DNA of 33,077 bases, from contig JBFGZE010000027.1 in assembly GCA_041586955.1 (NCBI GenBank), positions 1 to 33,077 of the forward strand, written 5' to 3'. The first letter of the stretch is position 1. Every line of letters begins with the position of its first letter. The notes under the pieces are model-generated. The model saw only the letters and a list, made by a program, of their open reading frames with translations. It was not told the DNA's origin and did not search any database. Below are positions 9,613-19,830 of the stretch, piece by piece. Origin of the DNA: Bacteriovoracaceae bacterium (lineage in GTDB: Bacteria > Bdellovibrionota > Bacteriovoracia > Bacteriovoracales > Bacteriovoracaceae). The position numbers were made by a program, and so were the translations under genes.

Positions 9613-9813
9613 ATGAATATAATAAAAAGATTATTACGGGCACCTGAATTTCAAGTGCTGTTATTCTTTGCATCGATAATTCTTTTTATTTGGCCAATTG
9701 TTATAACAGACAATGGAACTAATAATAAATTTGTTATTTATTCGCTATACGGTTCATGGGGTATCATTATCTTTATTCATATGCTTGTGCACAAGCTTAC
9801 TAAAGAGGAATAA
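9613..9813 (+). CDS. Small two-TM membrane protein upstream of the symporter-kinase
   Basis: ATG at 9613 after AAGG; two hydrophobic helices; ends 3 nt before the next start. Confidence 0.6.
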   Translation: MNIIKRLLRAPEFQVLLFFASIILFIWPIVITDNGTNNKFVIYSLYGSWGIIIFIHMLVHKLTKEE

Positions 9814-9816
9814 AGA

Positions 9817-12612
9817 ATGTTTAATGTTGCTACGGTTATAACAACGATCTTTGCATATGTTGTAGGTCTATTTGCGATTGCTTATTTTACTGAACGAAGA
9901 GACGATAAAGGTTTTAAATTAATTAATTCCCCCTTGATCTACTCCCTCTCTCTTGCGGTTTATTGTACGAGTTGGACCTTTTATGGTTCAGTTGGTTCCG
10001 CTTCCAAAAGCGGTCTTATATTTATCACAATTTACCTAGGGCCAATGATCTCCATGACTCTGTGGTGGAGCGTTCTCAGGAAGCTGGTACGGATTAAACA
10101 ACGATTGCGTATCACAAGTATCGTAGATTTTATCTCCGCTCGTTACGATAAGTCTGAAGGAGTCGGGGTTATTGCCGCTTGCCTTGTCACTGCCGGAACT
10201 ATGCCTTATGTTGCTTTACAGCTAAAGGCGATTGTTAAAACGATGAGTGTAATGGTATCAGACGTTGGACAGGCCGATACTGAGATCTTAGGTAGCAGTA
10301 CAGGCCTTTTTGTCGTTGGACTAATGACTCTGTGTACATTATTTTTTGGCGTCAGAAAGCTGGACTCATCTGAACGACACCCTGGGATGATTCTAGTCCT
10401 GGCAGTGGAATGCATCGTAAAGCTAGTTGCCTTTCTTTGCGTTGGATTCTTTGTTACCTATTCGCTTAATAACGGCTTCGATAACTTGATCTCTAAAATG
10501 CCTGAAGTCATGGATGACGCCTATTCTTTTGTTGGTATAAGGGATTTAAAAGATGTCCTTACTTGGATGACTTATTTAATCCTCGCCTCTTCGGCAATAC
10601 TATTTTTACCTAGACAGTTCCATGTTGCAGTTGTGGAAAACTCTCAGGAAAAACATATCAAGACTGCCAAATGGTTATTTCCTCTCTATTTAATTTTAAT
10701 CAATTTATTTGTTTTGCCGATCACTATCAGTGGAAAACTAGCGGGATTAGATGCAAGTTTAGCGGATACTTTTGTACTATTACTCCCCATCACACAGGGA
10801 CAAACAGCGCTGTCCATGCTTACATTCATTGGAGGCTTCTCTGCAGCAATGGGAATGATTATGATTGCGACGGTATCAGTTGCAACAATCATTACTAACC
10901 ATATTTTGATTCCTCTTTTTACAAGAGTTGATTCATTAAAGTTTCTCACAAAACACCTTATTAAACTACGTTGGCTAGTAGCTTCTTTGTTTATCATAGG
11001 CTCATACTCCTATATGAAAATAGTCGGTGGAAAGTACGCTTTAGTCGCAATGGGAATGGTTTCTTTTGCTGCTGCATTGCAATTTGCTCCCGTTATAATC
11101 GGGAGCCTTTATTGGAAGAAAGGAAGTCGATTTGGAGCTTATAGCGCATTAATTCTTGGCGCGACGATATGGTTTTACACTCTAGTGATTCCTGCGTTCG
11201 TAAAAAGTGGATGGATGAAAAGTTCTCTTTTAAATGAAGGCCTATTTGGTTCACGTTTTCTTCGACCAGAAGCACTCTTTGGGTTTGAGGGATATCATCA
11301 TTTAACTAATGCCGTCTTATGGACTATGATTTTTAATATTGGAGGTTATGTACTTGGCTCGATATTATTTCCTCAATCCAATTCAGAAAAAAGAATTGCA
11401 AAGGAATTTGTTGAGGCCTTACCCCACGATGAAATAAATACTGTTGATCTTGAAGGAGTTGAGGATACGATCGATTTATCAGAAAAGAAGGTGATACTTG
11501 AAGGGGTTCTCAATTCATATTATAACGATAATCAAGTGAGAGAGATAATTTCAAGTAGCCTTGAAAAGTTCAAAGTGGATTCTAAGGAAAAAATTTCTCT
11601 TCCACGATTATCCGACCTATTAGAAGAAATAGAAAAAGTCCTCGCTGGCGTTATTGGTACCGCTGCCGCCCACCAGGCCATATCATCTGCTAATTTACTT
11701 AGTAAAAACGAAAAAGATGAACTGTCTAAAGTTTATGGGGACATCATGGCCAATATGATGATCAGCCCAAGAGAAATGAATAAGAAAATCATTCTTTTTC
11801 AAGAAAGAGAAAAGATGATGGAACAGCAAACAAAAATTCTCGAGAATACTATTCAAAAACGTGAGCTAGAGCTCGAAGAACAAAAAGCAATTGCTTTTCA
11901 TGCTTCAAAAATGTCATCGCTAGGTGAAATGGCAGGAGGGATTGCGCACGAAATCAATAATCCCTTGGCAATCATTGCAAGCTCTATCGGTTTAATGCGC
12001 AAAATGCAGGAAAAAGGGAAAATGACCCCGGAAAAATTCAATAATATATTAGATAACATTAATGCTACCCTTGAACGAGTATCAAAAATTATAAGTGGTC
12101 TAAGAACTGTATCGAGAAGAACAGATGAAGATGATTTCAGGTTTATTACCATGTTAGATATGATGACGGATGTATTGGGTCTCTGTTCCGAGAAATTTAA
12201 AAATTATGGAATTCACATAGATATAAACCTTGAAGACCCCTTATATCAAATAGAATTGTATTGTGATCAAGTTCAATTTTCTCAAGTCTTGGTAAATTTA
12301 ATTAGCAATTCCTATGACGCGATTGAAATGTTGGAAGAAAAATGGGTTAAAATCAGACTTGAGCAAAGGGGAAACTATCTAATTCTTTCAATAGAAGATA
12401 GTGGAAAAGGAATACCTAAAGAAATTAAAGAGAAAATATTCCAACCCTTTTATACAAGTAAACCAATTGGAAAAGGTACTGGGCTTGGGCTATCAATTTC
12501 TAAAAAAATACTTGAAAAACATGGAGGATCTTTGGAGATAGATAATGAGTCTAAAAATACACGATTCATTATGACAATCCCCTTTAAGGATCGTTCTGAG
12601 GAAGCAAGTTAA
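9817..12612 (+). CDS. Sodium:solute symporter (SLC5)-histidine kinase fusion, CrbS/CbrA family
   Basis: YSLSLAVYCTSWTFYGSVG, LPRQFHVAVVEN, about 13 TM segments; H-box AHEINNPL; N, G1, F and G2 boxes (DSGKGI, FQPFYTSK, GTGLGL). Confidence 0.9.
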   Translation: MFNVATVITTIFAYVVGLFAIAYFTERRDDKGFKLINSPLIYSLSLAVYCTSWTFYGSVGSASKSGLIFITIYLGPMISMTLWWSVLRKLVRIKQRLRITSIVDFISARYDKSEGVGVIAACLVTAGTMPYVALQLKAIVKTMSVMVSDVGQADTEILGSSTGLFVVGLMTLCTLFFGVRKLDSSERHPGMILVLAVECIVKLVAFLCVGFFVTYSLNNGFDNLISKMPEVMDDAYSFVGIRDLKDVLTWMTYLILASSAILFLPRQFHVAVVENSQEKHIKTAKWLFPLYLILINLFVLPITISGKLAGLDASLADTFVLLLPITQGQTALSMLTFIGGFSAAMGMIMIATVSVATIITNHILIPLFTRVDSLKFLTKHLIKLRWLVASLFIIGSYSYMKIVGGKYALVAMGMVSFAAALQFAPVIIGSLYWKKGSRFGAYSALILGATIWFYTLVIPAFVKSGWMKSSLLNEGLFGSRFLRPEALFGFEGYHHLTNAVLWTMIFNIGGYVLGSILFPQSNSEKRIAKEFVEALPHDEINTVDLEGVEDTIDLSEKKVILEGVLNSYYNDNQVREIISSSLEKFKVDSKEKISLPRLSDLLEEIEKVLAGVIGTAAAHQAISSANLLSKNEKDELSKVYGDIMANMMISPREMNKKIILFQEREKMMEQQTKILENTIQKRELELEEQKAIAFHASKMSSLGEMAGGIAHEINNPLAIIASSIGLMRKMQEKGKMTPEKFNNILDNINATLERVSKIISGLRTVSRRTDEDDFRFITMLDMMTDVLGLCSEKFKNYGIHIDINLEDPLYQIELYCDQVQFSQVLVNLISNSYDAIEMLEEKWVKIRLEQRGNYLILSIEDSGKGIPKEIKEKIFQPFYTSKPIGKGTGLGLSISKKILEKHGGSLEIDNESKNTRFIMTIPFKDRSEEAS

Positions 12613-12626
12613 AAAAGGTATGGAAT

Positions 12627-13028
12627 ATGTTAAAAAGTGATTTTGTTTTATTAATCGTTGATGATGAACCACAAATCCGTGAAGTCCTTACACAATACTT
12701 CGAACTTAGCGATTACGCGGTAGAATCTGCTTCAGGCGGTAGAGAGGCCCTCGATATTGTAAGAAAAAAGAAGATTAACTTTATCATTTCGGATGTGCGT
12801 ATGCCCGATGGAGATGGTGAGGAGTTACTCGATGAAGTCAGAAAACTTCATCCAGACCTACCAATCATTGTGATGGTCACTGGTTTTGCTGAAATTTCAA
12901 AAGCGGAAGCTATTAAAAGAGGAGCTCTTGATCTTCTCGTCAAACCAATTAATATTAATTTTCTGGAGGATCTTGTAGAGGACGAGTTCCAGAGAGCTTC
13001 CCAATCAGAAGGATCTACTAAAATTTAA
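12627..13028 (+). CDS. Single-domain response regulator (receiver)
   Basis: LIVDDE, SDVRMP, VTG, KP motifs. Confidence 0.9.
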   Translation: MLKSDFVLLIVDDEPQIREVLTQYFELSDYAVESASGGREALDIVRKKKINFIISDVRMPDGDGEELLDEVRKLHPDLPIIVMVTGFAEISKAEAIKRGALDLLVKPININFLEDLVEDEFQRASQSEGSTKI

Positions 13029-13187
13029 CATTATTTCCAAATTAGTTGTGGCCTAATTAATATAAAGTTAGCTCAAAAGCATTGGATCACAGTACAAACT
13101 ATTTTGCGTTACAAAAGGCGTAAGTTGGGCCCTTGGTCCGTATTGAATATTTAAATATGAAAGTTTTAACCTCACCTGACGATCTCA

Positions 13188-13269
13188 GATTATTTTAATT
13201 TAAAAATTAGCTTTTGGAGCAGGGGAGTATTGCTCAAAAATGTAAATTGATGCCTGATTTCTCATATAT
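13188..13269 (+). repeat. Repeat copy 6 (3' half only)
   Basis: gattattttaatttaaaaattagcttttggagcaggggagtattgctcaaaaatgtaaattgatgcctgatttctcatatat. Confidence 0.9.
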
Positions 13270-13326
13270 TTTATGAATAACTTGATCATTTGCTAAGTCT
13301 TTTCCGGTGCAAAATAGCCTCAAAGT

Positions 13327-13731
13327 TTACTCCTGCAAGTTGCTAAAAACATTTTTTATTTTTTGTTCAAGAATTTCTCTGTTAAATGGTTTGACGATAT
13401 AATCATTGGCCTTTAACCGGATGGCATCAAGAATAAGTTCCCGCTCAGACTCTGTTGTTACCATAATAACAGGAGTTTTTTCATATATTGGTTGATTTCG
13501 TAATTCTTTGAGTAATTCAATACCACCCATTATAGGCATATGAATATCAATAAAAATTAAAGAGAAGGGTCGACTGCTATCGCTGGCCTGATTAAGCACA
13601 ATTAGGCCAGCGTGGCCATTTTTAGCTTCGGAAATATTGCTATGACCTAGTTCTTGTAATATTTCCGCCATTAGAGTGCGAGTAGATGCCTGATCATCAA
13701 CTATTAGAATTTTTAAGCTGGCCATGCTCAC
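13327..13731 (-). CDS. CheY-like single-domain response regulator
   Basis: ILIVDD, IDIHMP, MVTTE, YIVKPF. Confidence 0.9.
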   Translation of the reverse strand: MSMASLKILIVDDQASTRTLMAEILQELGHSNISEAKNGHAGLIVLNQASDSSRPFSLIFIDIHMPIMGGIELLKELRNQPIYEKTPVIMVTTESERELILDAIRLKANDYIVKPFNREILEQKIKNVFSNLQE

Positions 13732-13795
13732 TTATAGTCCTCCCGGCATTATATTCCTTAATTGTAAGGAAGGTTCATTTTAAAAACCACTAAAA

Positions 13796-13899
13796 ACCTA
13801 AATTTTTCAAAAAAATTATTATTTTCATTTAAAAATCAGCTTTTGGAGTAGGGGAGTATTGCTCAAAAAATGTAAATTGATGCCTGATTTCTCTTATAC
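13796..13899 (+). repeat. Repeat copy 7 (3' two-thirds)
   Basis: aaatttttcaaaaaaattattattttcatttaaaaatcagc...gatgcctgatttctcttatac followed by tttc. Confidence 0.9.
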
Positions 13900-14173
13900 T
13901 TTCCTGATATTGTTTTTTGGCCGTTATTCTTAATTGTTCATTTTAAGTATAAAAATCATATCAGGTTGTCGCATATTAGGATTGCCCAAAATATTTTTTT
14001 TACTCTAGCATGTCTTATGTACAATAATTTTTCTGTGCCCTCTTATTACCTCTATAATGACTCTTTTTTACAAACAATTAATTAGTTGTTGATGCGTCGC
14101 GCAGGAGGCTGTATGACAAATCTAATATAACTAATTTTAACGACGCCAAGAGGCATTAGTGGAGATTTTTACG

Positions 14174-14515
14174 ATGAAAAACTTTTTAATGGTCTTATTT
14201 ATGAGTTGCGCATTTTCTTTCTCAATCAAGGCCAAATGCGTAGGCAGTGTCAAACAAATCACCGGTACAAGCCCTGCTGAAGCTAAAGTTGACTTGCAAA
14301 TTACCTATGAGGACACCACAATCAAGAAACTACAAGGCGAATTAGATAATGCCTTCTTCTCAGTGACAGTAAATAGGGAAAACAAAATGGCCTTCTACCT
14401 TATTTCCAGTGGGCCTGATTATCTAAATGGTGTGACTTCTCGTTCCTCTTGGCCAAATGCCCGAGTGACTATGGTTCAACCACAAAGAACCTTAATAATT
14501 GAATGTGGTCGTTAA
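14174..14515 (+). CDS. Secreted hypothetical protein
   Basis: GGAG RBS, signal peptide MKNFLMVLF...IKA, Cys near both ends of the mature chain. Confidence 0.75.
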   Translation: MKNFLMVLFMSCAFSFSIKAKCVGSVKQITGTSPAEAKVDLQITYEDTTIKKLQGELDNAFFSVTVNRENKMAFYLISSGPDYLNGVTSRSSWPNARVTMVQPQRTLIIECGR

Positions 14516-14660
14516 TGACCTATTATTATGGGTGGGACAAATTAGCATGACGATACGTACGTTGAATTATTAAATTTAATTTTCCCACGCCCAAAAAAAT
14601 TAATATTTAAAAAAGTTAACGTAAATTTGGTGAAGATACAGGTATAGATCACTATTTTTT

Positions 14661-15671
14661 TTAGGGGTCACAACAATAGGCCTTAACAGTAATAAAATTG
14701 CCATCGTTAGGTCGCCTCCCCCTGATTTGATTGAAAATAATCTCTATTTCCATATTTTCTTTTCTATTATTTGAAGTTTTAAAATAATGCCCCCTTAATT
14801 CTTTACCGGCCGGACAAGTGGCCGTGGCCCAGGCAGGTCTCCAAGCGGTAGCTTCTGAAGTCCAGGCACAATTGACAGGAGGAAAAGATCCTCCAGGTAA
14901 AGGTTTACATACAAGAGTTCCGTCGGCATTTATTTTTTCTATATATTCTCCATTCGGACATTTCATGGGGTCTGTGTAATTTACAAACCGAGGGTCAAGG
15001 ATAGTTGTTACTTTATCAGTAAAGAAGTCATTAAGATGCTCTGTCGATACCCCATCAGAATTTTTAAGGGCGGTTACCGGGTTAAAGCCTATAAGGTCAC
15101 ACTTTGATGTAGCAGGGTCTAGAACTCCACCAATTGAGTTACATGCCTGTTCAACAGATGTTTCAATAGCATTTTCAGCTGAGGAATAACATTTAATTAA
15201 CTCATTTGATCCATTCACTTCAACTTTTATTGGTATTTTATAAGATTTTATTTTATTACCTTTGATAAGTTTACTCATTTTCTCTAAGGTGACTTCTACT
15301 TGAGCTTCTCCATAACTTCCCACGATATTTACGTCAACAACCCTTAAGTCTTGTAAGAGGATTAGCCTTGAACCATAAGTTTGGCCTTTAACAAAAATAT
15401 TATTTCCCACCTTATTTTTAATGGCGGCGAGCTCCTCCCCCTCCATAATCACTGTTCCCACCCCAAGGCTGTTGACGCAGGATTGAGAGTCGAGCAAGGC
15501 CTGAGATATATGATTCAAAATAGAGCTTGTTTCTAACCCTGTTTCCGCTCTTTTTTGGGTGATCGCCTGCTGATTGGTAATATTCATTAATAATAGTGAT
15601 AGAGCTCCTATCAGGCCAGCGGCGACCAAGACCTGAATAATCGAGAATCCGTTTTGATTTGTCATTTTCAT
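14661..15671 (-). CDS. Type IV pilin-like protein (prepilin cleavage motif) with Cys-rich C-terminus
   Basis: NQNG|FSIIQVLVAAGLIG class III signal (Q at +5). Confidence 0.75.
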   Translation of the reverse strand: MKMTNQNGFSIIQVLVAAGLIGALSLLLMNITNQQAITQKRAETGLETSSILNHISQALLDSQSCVNSLGVGTVIMEGEELAAIKNKVGNNIFVKGQTYGSRLILLQDLRVVDVNIVGSYGEAQVEVTLEKMSKLIKGNKIKSYKIPIKVEVNGSNELIKCYSSAENAIETSVEQACNSIGGVLDPATSKCDLIGFNPVTALKNSDGVSTEHLNDFFTDKVTTILDPRFVNYTDPMKCPNGEYIEKINADGTLVCKPLPGGSFPPVNCAWTSEATAWRPAWATATCPAGKELRGHYFKTSNNRKENMEIEIIFNQIRGRRPNDGNFITVKAYCCDP

Positions 15672-16089
15672 CTGTTAATTTTAACATAAAAGGCAATTCT
15701 GTTTTAATTTATAATAAATTTTTTAGTTGATCCTTAATTTGAGCGATTAAGTCCAAATTCTGCCATTTTCTGTTGGCACACATAATTTATTTTATTTCTC
15801 CTCTGTTATTTAAAAGCGAGAAATAAAAGGTTTTTAATTGAGCGACTATGCCTTCTTTCAAAAAGTCACACTCTATCCATGACCATTTTTTGGTGAAGAA
15901 AATATTGCCTTACGATTCCATTTTTATGAGCATGCAACATATTTATCTATGAGAAGACTATACGATTGAAGAATCACTACTTTTTCTCGCAGTTTTAGGG
16001 GGTAATGATTTCCTGTTTGACAAATATTAAAAAAATCTTTGACGAAAATCCTTTTAGTCCGAAACAGCTATATGAACCTAGGGCCAATT

Positions 16090-17769
16090 ATGAATTCAAT
16101 TAAATATCTATATATTGTTTTTACATTTGTTATTTCCTTTTCATGTTCACATGAAAGGCCAATAGATCGCTCTACCGCCAGTATTAATAAGACTAGTCAT
16201 GTAGATGGAAGCGAAAACATTCCTCAATCAATAAAGACAATGCTTGATGAGGAACAAAATCTTCATGTTAAAGGATTATGGCCTGCCGGTTCATTTTCAT
16301 CAGATATCTCTCCAGAATATGTTCCCGAAGTAAACCCAAAGTTTCCCATTGCCTATTATTTAATCCCGTCAGAGGATGCTAATTTTCTCTCCGCCAAATC
16401 CTTAGACCCTAGAGTTCTTAAACAAATCTCTATTCAAGACGATTCAGGAAAGAAATACTATAAATTATTTGTCCACCCAGAAAGTGAAGAACATTATTCA
16501 TTTTTAAAAGAGGTATATCAATACATCTCACAGGAAAATAGTGAACATATCGCTTCGCCAACTTCCAGTTATAGGTCACTAGTCTTATGGAATAAATATA
16601 ACTCTGCAAAAAAACCTTTTATTGCCAAGGTTAGTCTAGACAGAAACATCATTAGAAACATTGATAGATTAGTTTCATCTAATGAAGTGGAGCGTTCTAT
16701 CGCCAATCAAAATGCTTTTAATGAAATGGGGGAAAAATCTTTAGAGGAAATGAATGCAAAAATTTTTCCTGAATCTGCGGGACTCACGATTGCAAAATCC
16801 CATAGAGGGGAGCCAAGTAAATTAGGTGGCCAACTCATCAGGGAGATCCCAGATGAAGTTTGGACTGGTCATAAAAAATGGGTTGCCTGGGCAACTCTAA
16901 TTAGTCCAGAAAGAGGCCCTCCCATGATCCTTAAAGTGATAAAGGCCAGTGGATTATCTACTCGAGATTTTATCAATACGTATATGATAGAGGGCTATAT
17001 GACAATGTTCGAAAAGCTTTCTTTAAAAACAGGAATTAATTTTGAACCCCATAGTCAAAACTTAGGGTTTGAACTTATGCCTGACTTCTCCCCCACAGGC
17101 AAGTGGATCCATAAGGATTTTGGCGGTGTATGGCCGGACATTATAACACTTGAAAAATCGAAAGGACCACTTAGAGCTTATATGGAAAAAGGTAATGCTT
17201 TAAAATATAAATTCAAAGGAGGAAGAGCAAATGCAATCGGCAGCTACGTTTTTTTCTATAAAAGACAAATATTTGACTTTTTGATTAAAGAGCTAGAAAT
17301 ATATAGTAAGGACTTATTGAGCTCCGATATAGACTTCCTCAACAGAAAAATAAACACTCGCTTTGTAGCGTTAGTGAATAAACATTTAAACCTCAACCTA
17401 ACAGAAGTCCCTACGATGAAAACTTATAAAAAAATACAAAAGCTGGTTAATGGTGCAACAAGGCTTGATTCAAAGATAAAAAAGACTGAAATAAAGGACC
17501 GTAACGCTATAGGAGAGTATATCCAATCTAAAGCTTTAAATGACGAGTGGGTAACACTTAGTGACAGCAAAATTACTCAGGCCAGGTACTATATTACTGA
17601 TAATGGAGTCTACGAGTTAAGAGAAGGTATAGTCACAGGATTCGCTCTCTTTAATGACTTAGAAATGGCAAATTATAAACATTATGGGCCAAATATGAAA
17701 AAAATATCAACAAGGCCATACACTGGTGAATGCTCTTTCTTACTAACCTCAATCCTTTCCACTCTATGA
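16090..17769 (+). CDS. IucA/IucC (NIS synthetase)-like protein with lipoprotein signal
   Basis: HPES, PTSSYRS, AKVSL, REIP, EPHSQN, HKDFGG; lipobox-like SFSC; start probably MNSIK (16090), the ORF opens at 16039. Confidence 0.7.
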   Translation: MNSIKYLYIVFTFVISFSCSHERPIDRSTASINKTSHVDGSENIPQSIKTMLDEEQNLHVKGLWPAGSFSSDISPEYVPEVNPKFPIAYYLIPSEDANFLSAKSLDPRVLKQISIQDDSGKKYYKLFVHPESEEHYSFLKEVYQYISQENSEHIASPTSSYRSLVLWNKYNSAKKPFIAKVSLDRNIIRNIDRLVSSNEVERSIANQNAFNEMGEKSLEEMNAKIFPESAGLTIAKSHRGEPSKLGGQLIREIPDEVWTGHKKWVAWATLISPERGPPMILKVIKASGLSTRDFINTYMIEGYMTMFEKLSLKTGINFEPHSQNLGFELMPDFSPTGKWIHKDFGGVWPDIITLEKSKGPLRAYMEKGNALKYKFKGGRANAIGSYVFFYKRQIFDFLIKELEIYSKDLLSSDIDFLNRKINTRFVALVNKHLNLNLTEVPTMKTYKKIQKLVNGATRLDSKIKKTEIKDRNAIGEYIQSKALNDEWVTLSDSKITQARYYITDNGVYELREGIVTGFALFNDLEMANYKHYGPNMKKISTRPYTGECSFLLTSILSTL

Positions 17770-18602
17770 AAACTCTAGACCCACAAAATATTTCTTACAT
17801 ACAAAATCACCCTAAGTTAACTCAAGACCTTGAAACGATCATATTTATCCATGGCCTACAAAGTTCAAAAGACACTTTTTTAAGCACCATACAATCTGAC
17901 TTATTCACTAATTTCAATTGTATCTCTATCGACCAACGCGGTCACGGCAAGACTCCTCCTCTCGGAGATTCATATACAGCAGAATCGATGGCCCAAGATA
18001 TATATCATTTTATCACGTTCTATAATTTGTCAAAAATTCATCTCGTGGGGCACTCCATGGGGGGCAGAACGGCAATGGCCTTTCTTAAACTGTATCCCCA
18101 TTTATTAAAATCCATTACAATAGAGGATATGGGTGCTGAAATCAGACAGGTCCCTTCAGCTTTAAAAGACCAGAAAAATTTACAATTATTTAATGAACTA
18201 AGAAAGCTTCCCGTATTTTACTCTACAATAGAGGAGATAAGCGAAGTATTATCTCCCCTGTACTCTTATAGTGATAGTTTGATAAAAAGAAAAGTTGTGA
18301 AAAGCAAAGAAGGTTATTCTTTGAGTTTCTCCCCTTCTATTTCCGTCCGATATGGTTATCAAGCGAATAATTTAGATTATACCCATTATCTATCAACGGC
18401 CTCAGTTCCCATACAATTCCTTCAGGCCAATCCATCAATTGGTATTGGGTCCGCAATGACGGAAGAAAGTATTGCCAATATAAAAAAAAATATACCAAAC
18501 GCAAAAATCGAGTTTTTTCCATCAGCATGGCATTCAATTCACAAATCAGATGCAACTATGTTCAATGAGAAATTAAAAAACTTTATATTAAGATCCGTAT
18601 AA
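17766..18602 (+). CDS. Alpha/beta hydrolase (YbfF-like esterase)
   Basis: IHG, DQRGHG, GHSMGG nucleophile, WHSIH; ATGA overlap with the upstream gene. Confidence 0.85.
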   Translation: MKTLDPQNISYIQNHPKLTQDLETIIFIHGLQSSKDTFLSTIQSDLFTNFNCISIDQRGHGKTPPLGDSYTAESMAQDIYHFITFYNLSKIHLVGHSMGGRTAMAFLKLYPHLLKSITIEDMGAEIRQVPSALKDQKNLQLFNELRKLPVFYSTIEEISEVLSPLYSYSDSLIKRKVVKSKEGYSLSFSPSISVRYGYQANNLDYTHYLSTASVPIQFLQANPSIGIGSAMTEESIANIKKNIPNAKIEFFPSAWHSIHKSDATMFNEKLKNFILRSV

Positions 18603-18867
18603 ATTATGGGTGCAATATGTGCCAATGCGAGAGGCCTTATCATACTTTCACAAGGAAAGGGTTTTAAGTTCACAGAATGATGCTATAGGACTAATTTTTT
18701 GACTGGGTTAAGTAGGGCAGAAAGTCAAATATAGTATCAGTTGTGTCAATTAACTTATATATTAGTATGAAAGCATGCATACCTTTCTCGCCGGTAAAAT
18801 TCTTGGCGTATTGTTTTAGGACCAACCTTCTACGGCCGTATTACCCCTTTTGCTCATAAGTGGCCTT

Positions 18868-19186
18868 TTCAAACGAGTCATCGCCCTGGTTCCAGGCCCA
18901 CGGCAAAACCTAAAAAACCAAAGCTAAAAACAAAAATGTTTATGGAACCCCTTGGGCAGAACTTTTAAAACGAGTTTTTAAATATGAAGTCAATTATTGC
19001 GATCATTGCGGTACAAAATTGACACTAGTTGCCACCATCACCAGTCCAGGCGTCTGCAAAAGAATACTGAAACATTTCAACCTCGAAACCGAGTATGTAA
19101 GAACTCAACGGCCTCGCACACCACCCGAGGTCGGAGACAATCTAACTCTTGACGATTATTTATTTAATCAAGAGCAGGCCTGGTAA
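18868..19186 (+). mobile_element. IS91/ISCR-family rolling-circle transposase C-terminal remnant (pseudogene)
   Basis: KRVIALVPGPRQNL, then in a shifted frame PWAELLKRVFKYEVNYCDHCGTKLTLVATITSPGVCKRILKHF...RPRTPP, the typical IS91/ISCR C-terminal WxxLLxRVF-CxxCG-RxPP pattern; not in the ORF track. Confidence 0.85.
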
Positions 19187-19220
19187 GTGCTACCGCAGAA
19201 TAACATCCTAATTCCGACCT

Positions 19221-19368
19221 TAGCTGAGAAATTCCTCCACTTCGGCCCCCATTTTTCCATTCACTCACCAAAAATTCCCAAAAAAATTATCATTTTAATT
19301 TAAAAAACAGCTTTTGGAGGAGGGAAGTATTGCTCAAAAAATGTAAATGGATACCTGATTTATTATAG
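19221..19368 (+). repeat. ~150-bp repeat copy 8, directly downstream of the IS91-like transposase remnant
   Basis: tagctgagaaattcctccacttcggccccc...ggatacctgatttattatag. Confidence 0.92.
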
Positions 19369-19708
19369 TAGACAAAAAAGTTTCATTTGTATCCTTTGGT
19401 AACTTTACAGAAGCGGCTCAACACCAGAAATATAGAGGCAAGGTTTCTAGTCCGTTCTGATTGGCTTGCCAAAAAACGAACCTCGCAGTTCGATAAGTTG
19501 TCTGAAGCTTCAATATTAAAAATATTTCTGTGCTGTAATTTGACTCCTACATGTTCAGCTATAGGTTAACTGGAAGTTGTCAGAAATAGATGATTGGCAT
19601 CTATTGTAATCACAATGACCAATCTTTTCATAAGTCTTAGACAATAATCAACAAGCACAGCAACCCCGCATTGTATTTATTGTAATTCACTGCTTTCGCG
19701 ATTAGGCA

Positions 19709-19802
19709 AATTAGTTAAGTTAGCTAATTGTCTATATAAAATATTGTATTTATGTCATTTTAGCAAAATAACTAAAAAATTAACTGATTTGGTTAGCTGA
19801 TT
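19709..19802. promoter_or_regulatory. Cluster of TTARCTRATT motifs (putative operator) upstream of the 19831 gene
   Basis: Near-palindrome aattagttaa-g-ttagctaatt (19709-19729) and direct copies at 19780 and 19793. Confidence 0.4.
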
Positions 19803-19830
19803 GTGTTAGTATGGTTTTAAAGGAGGCAGC

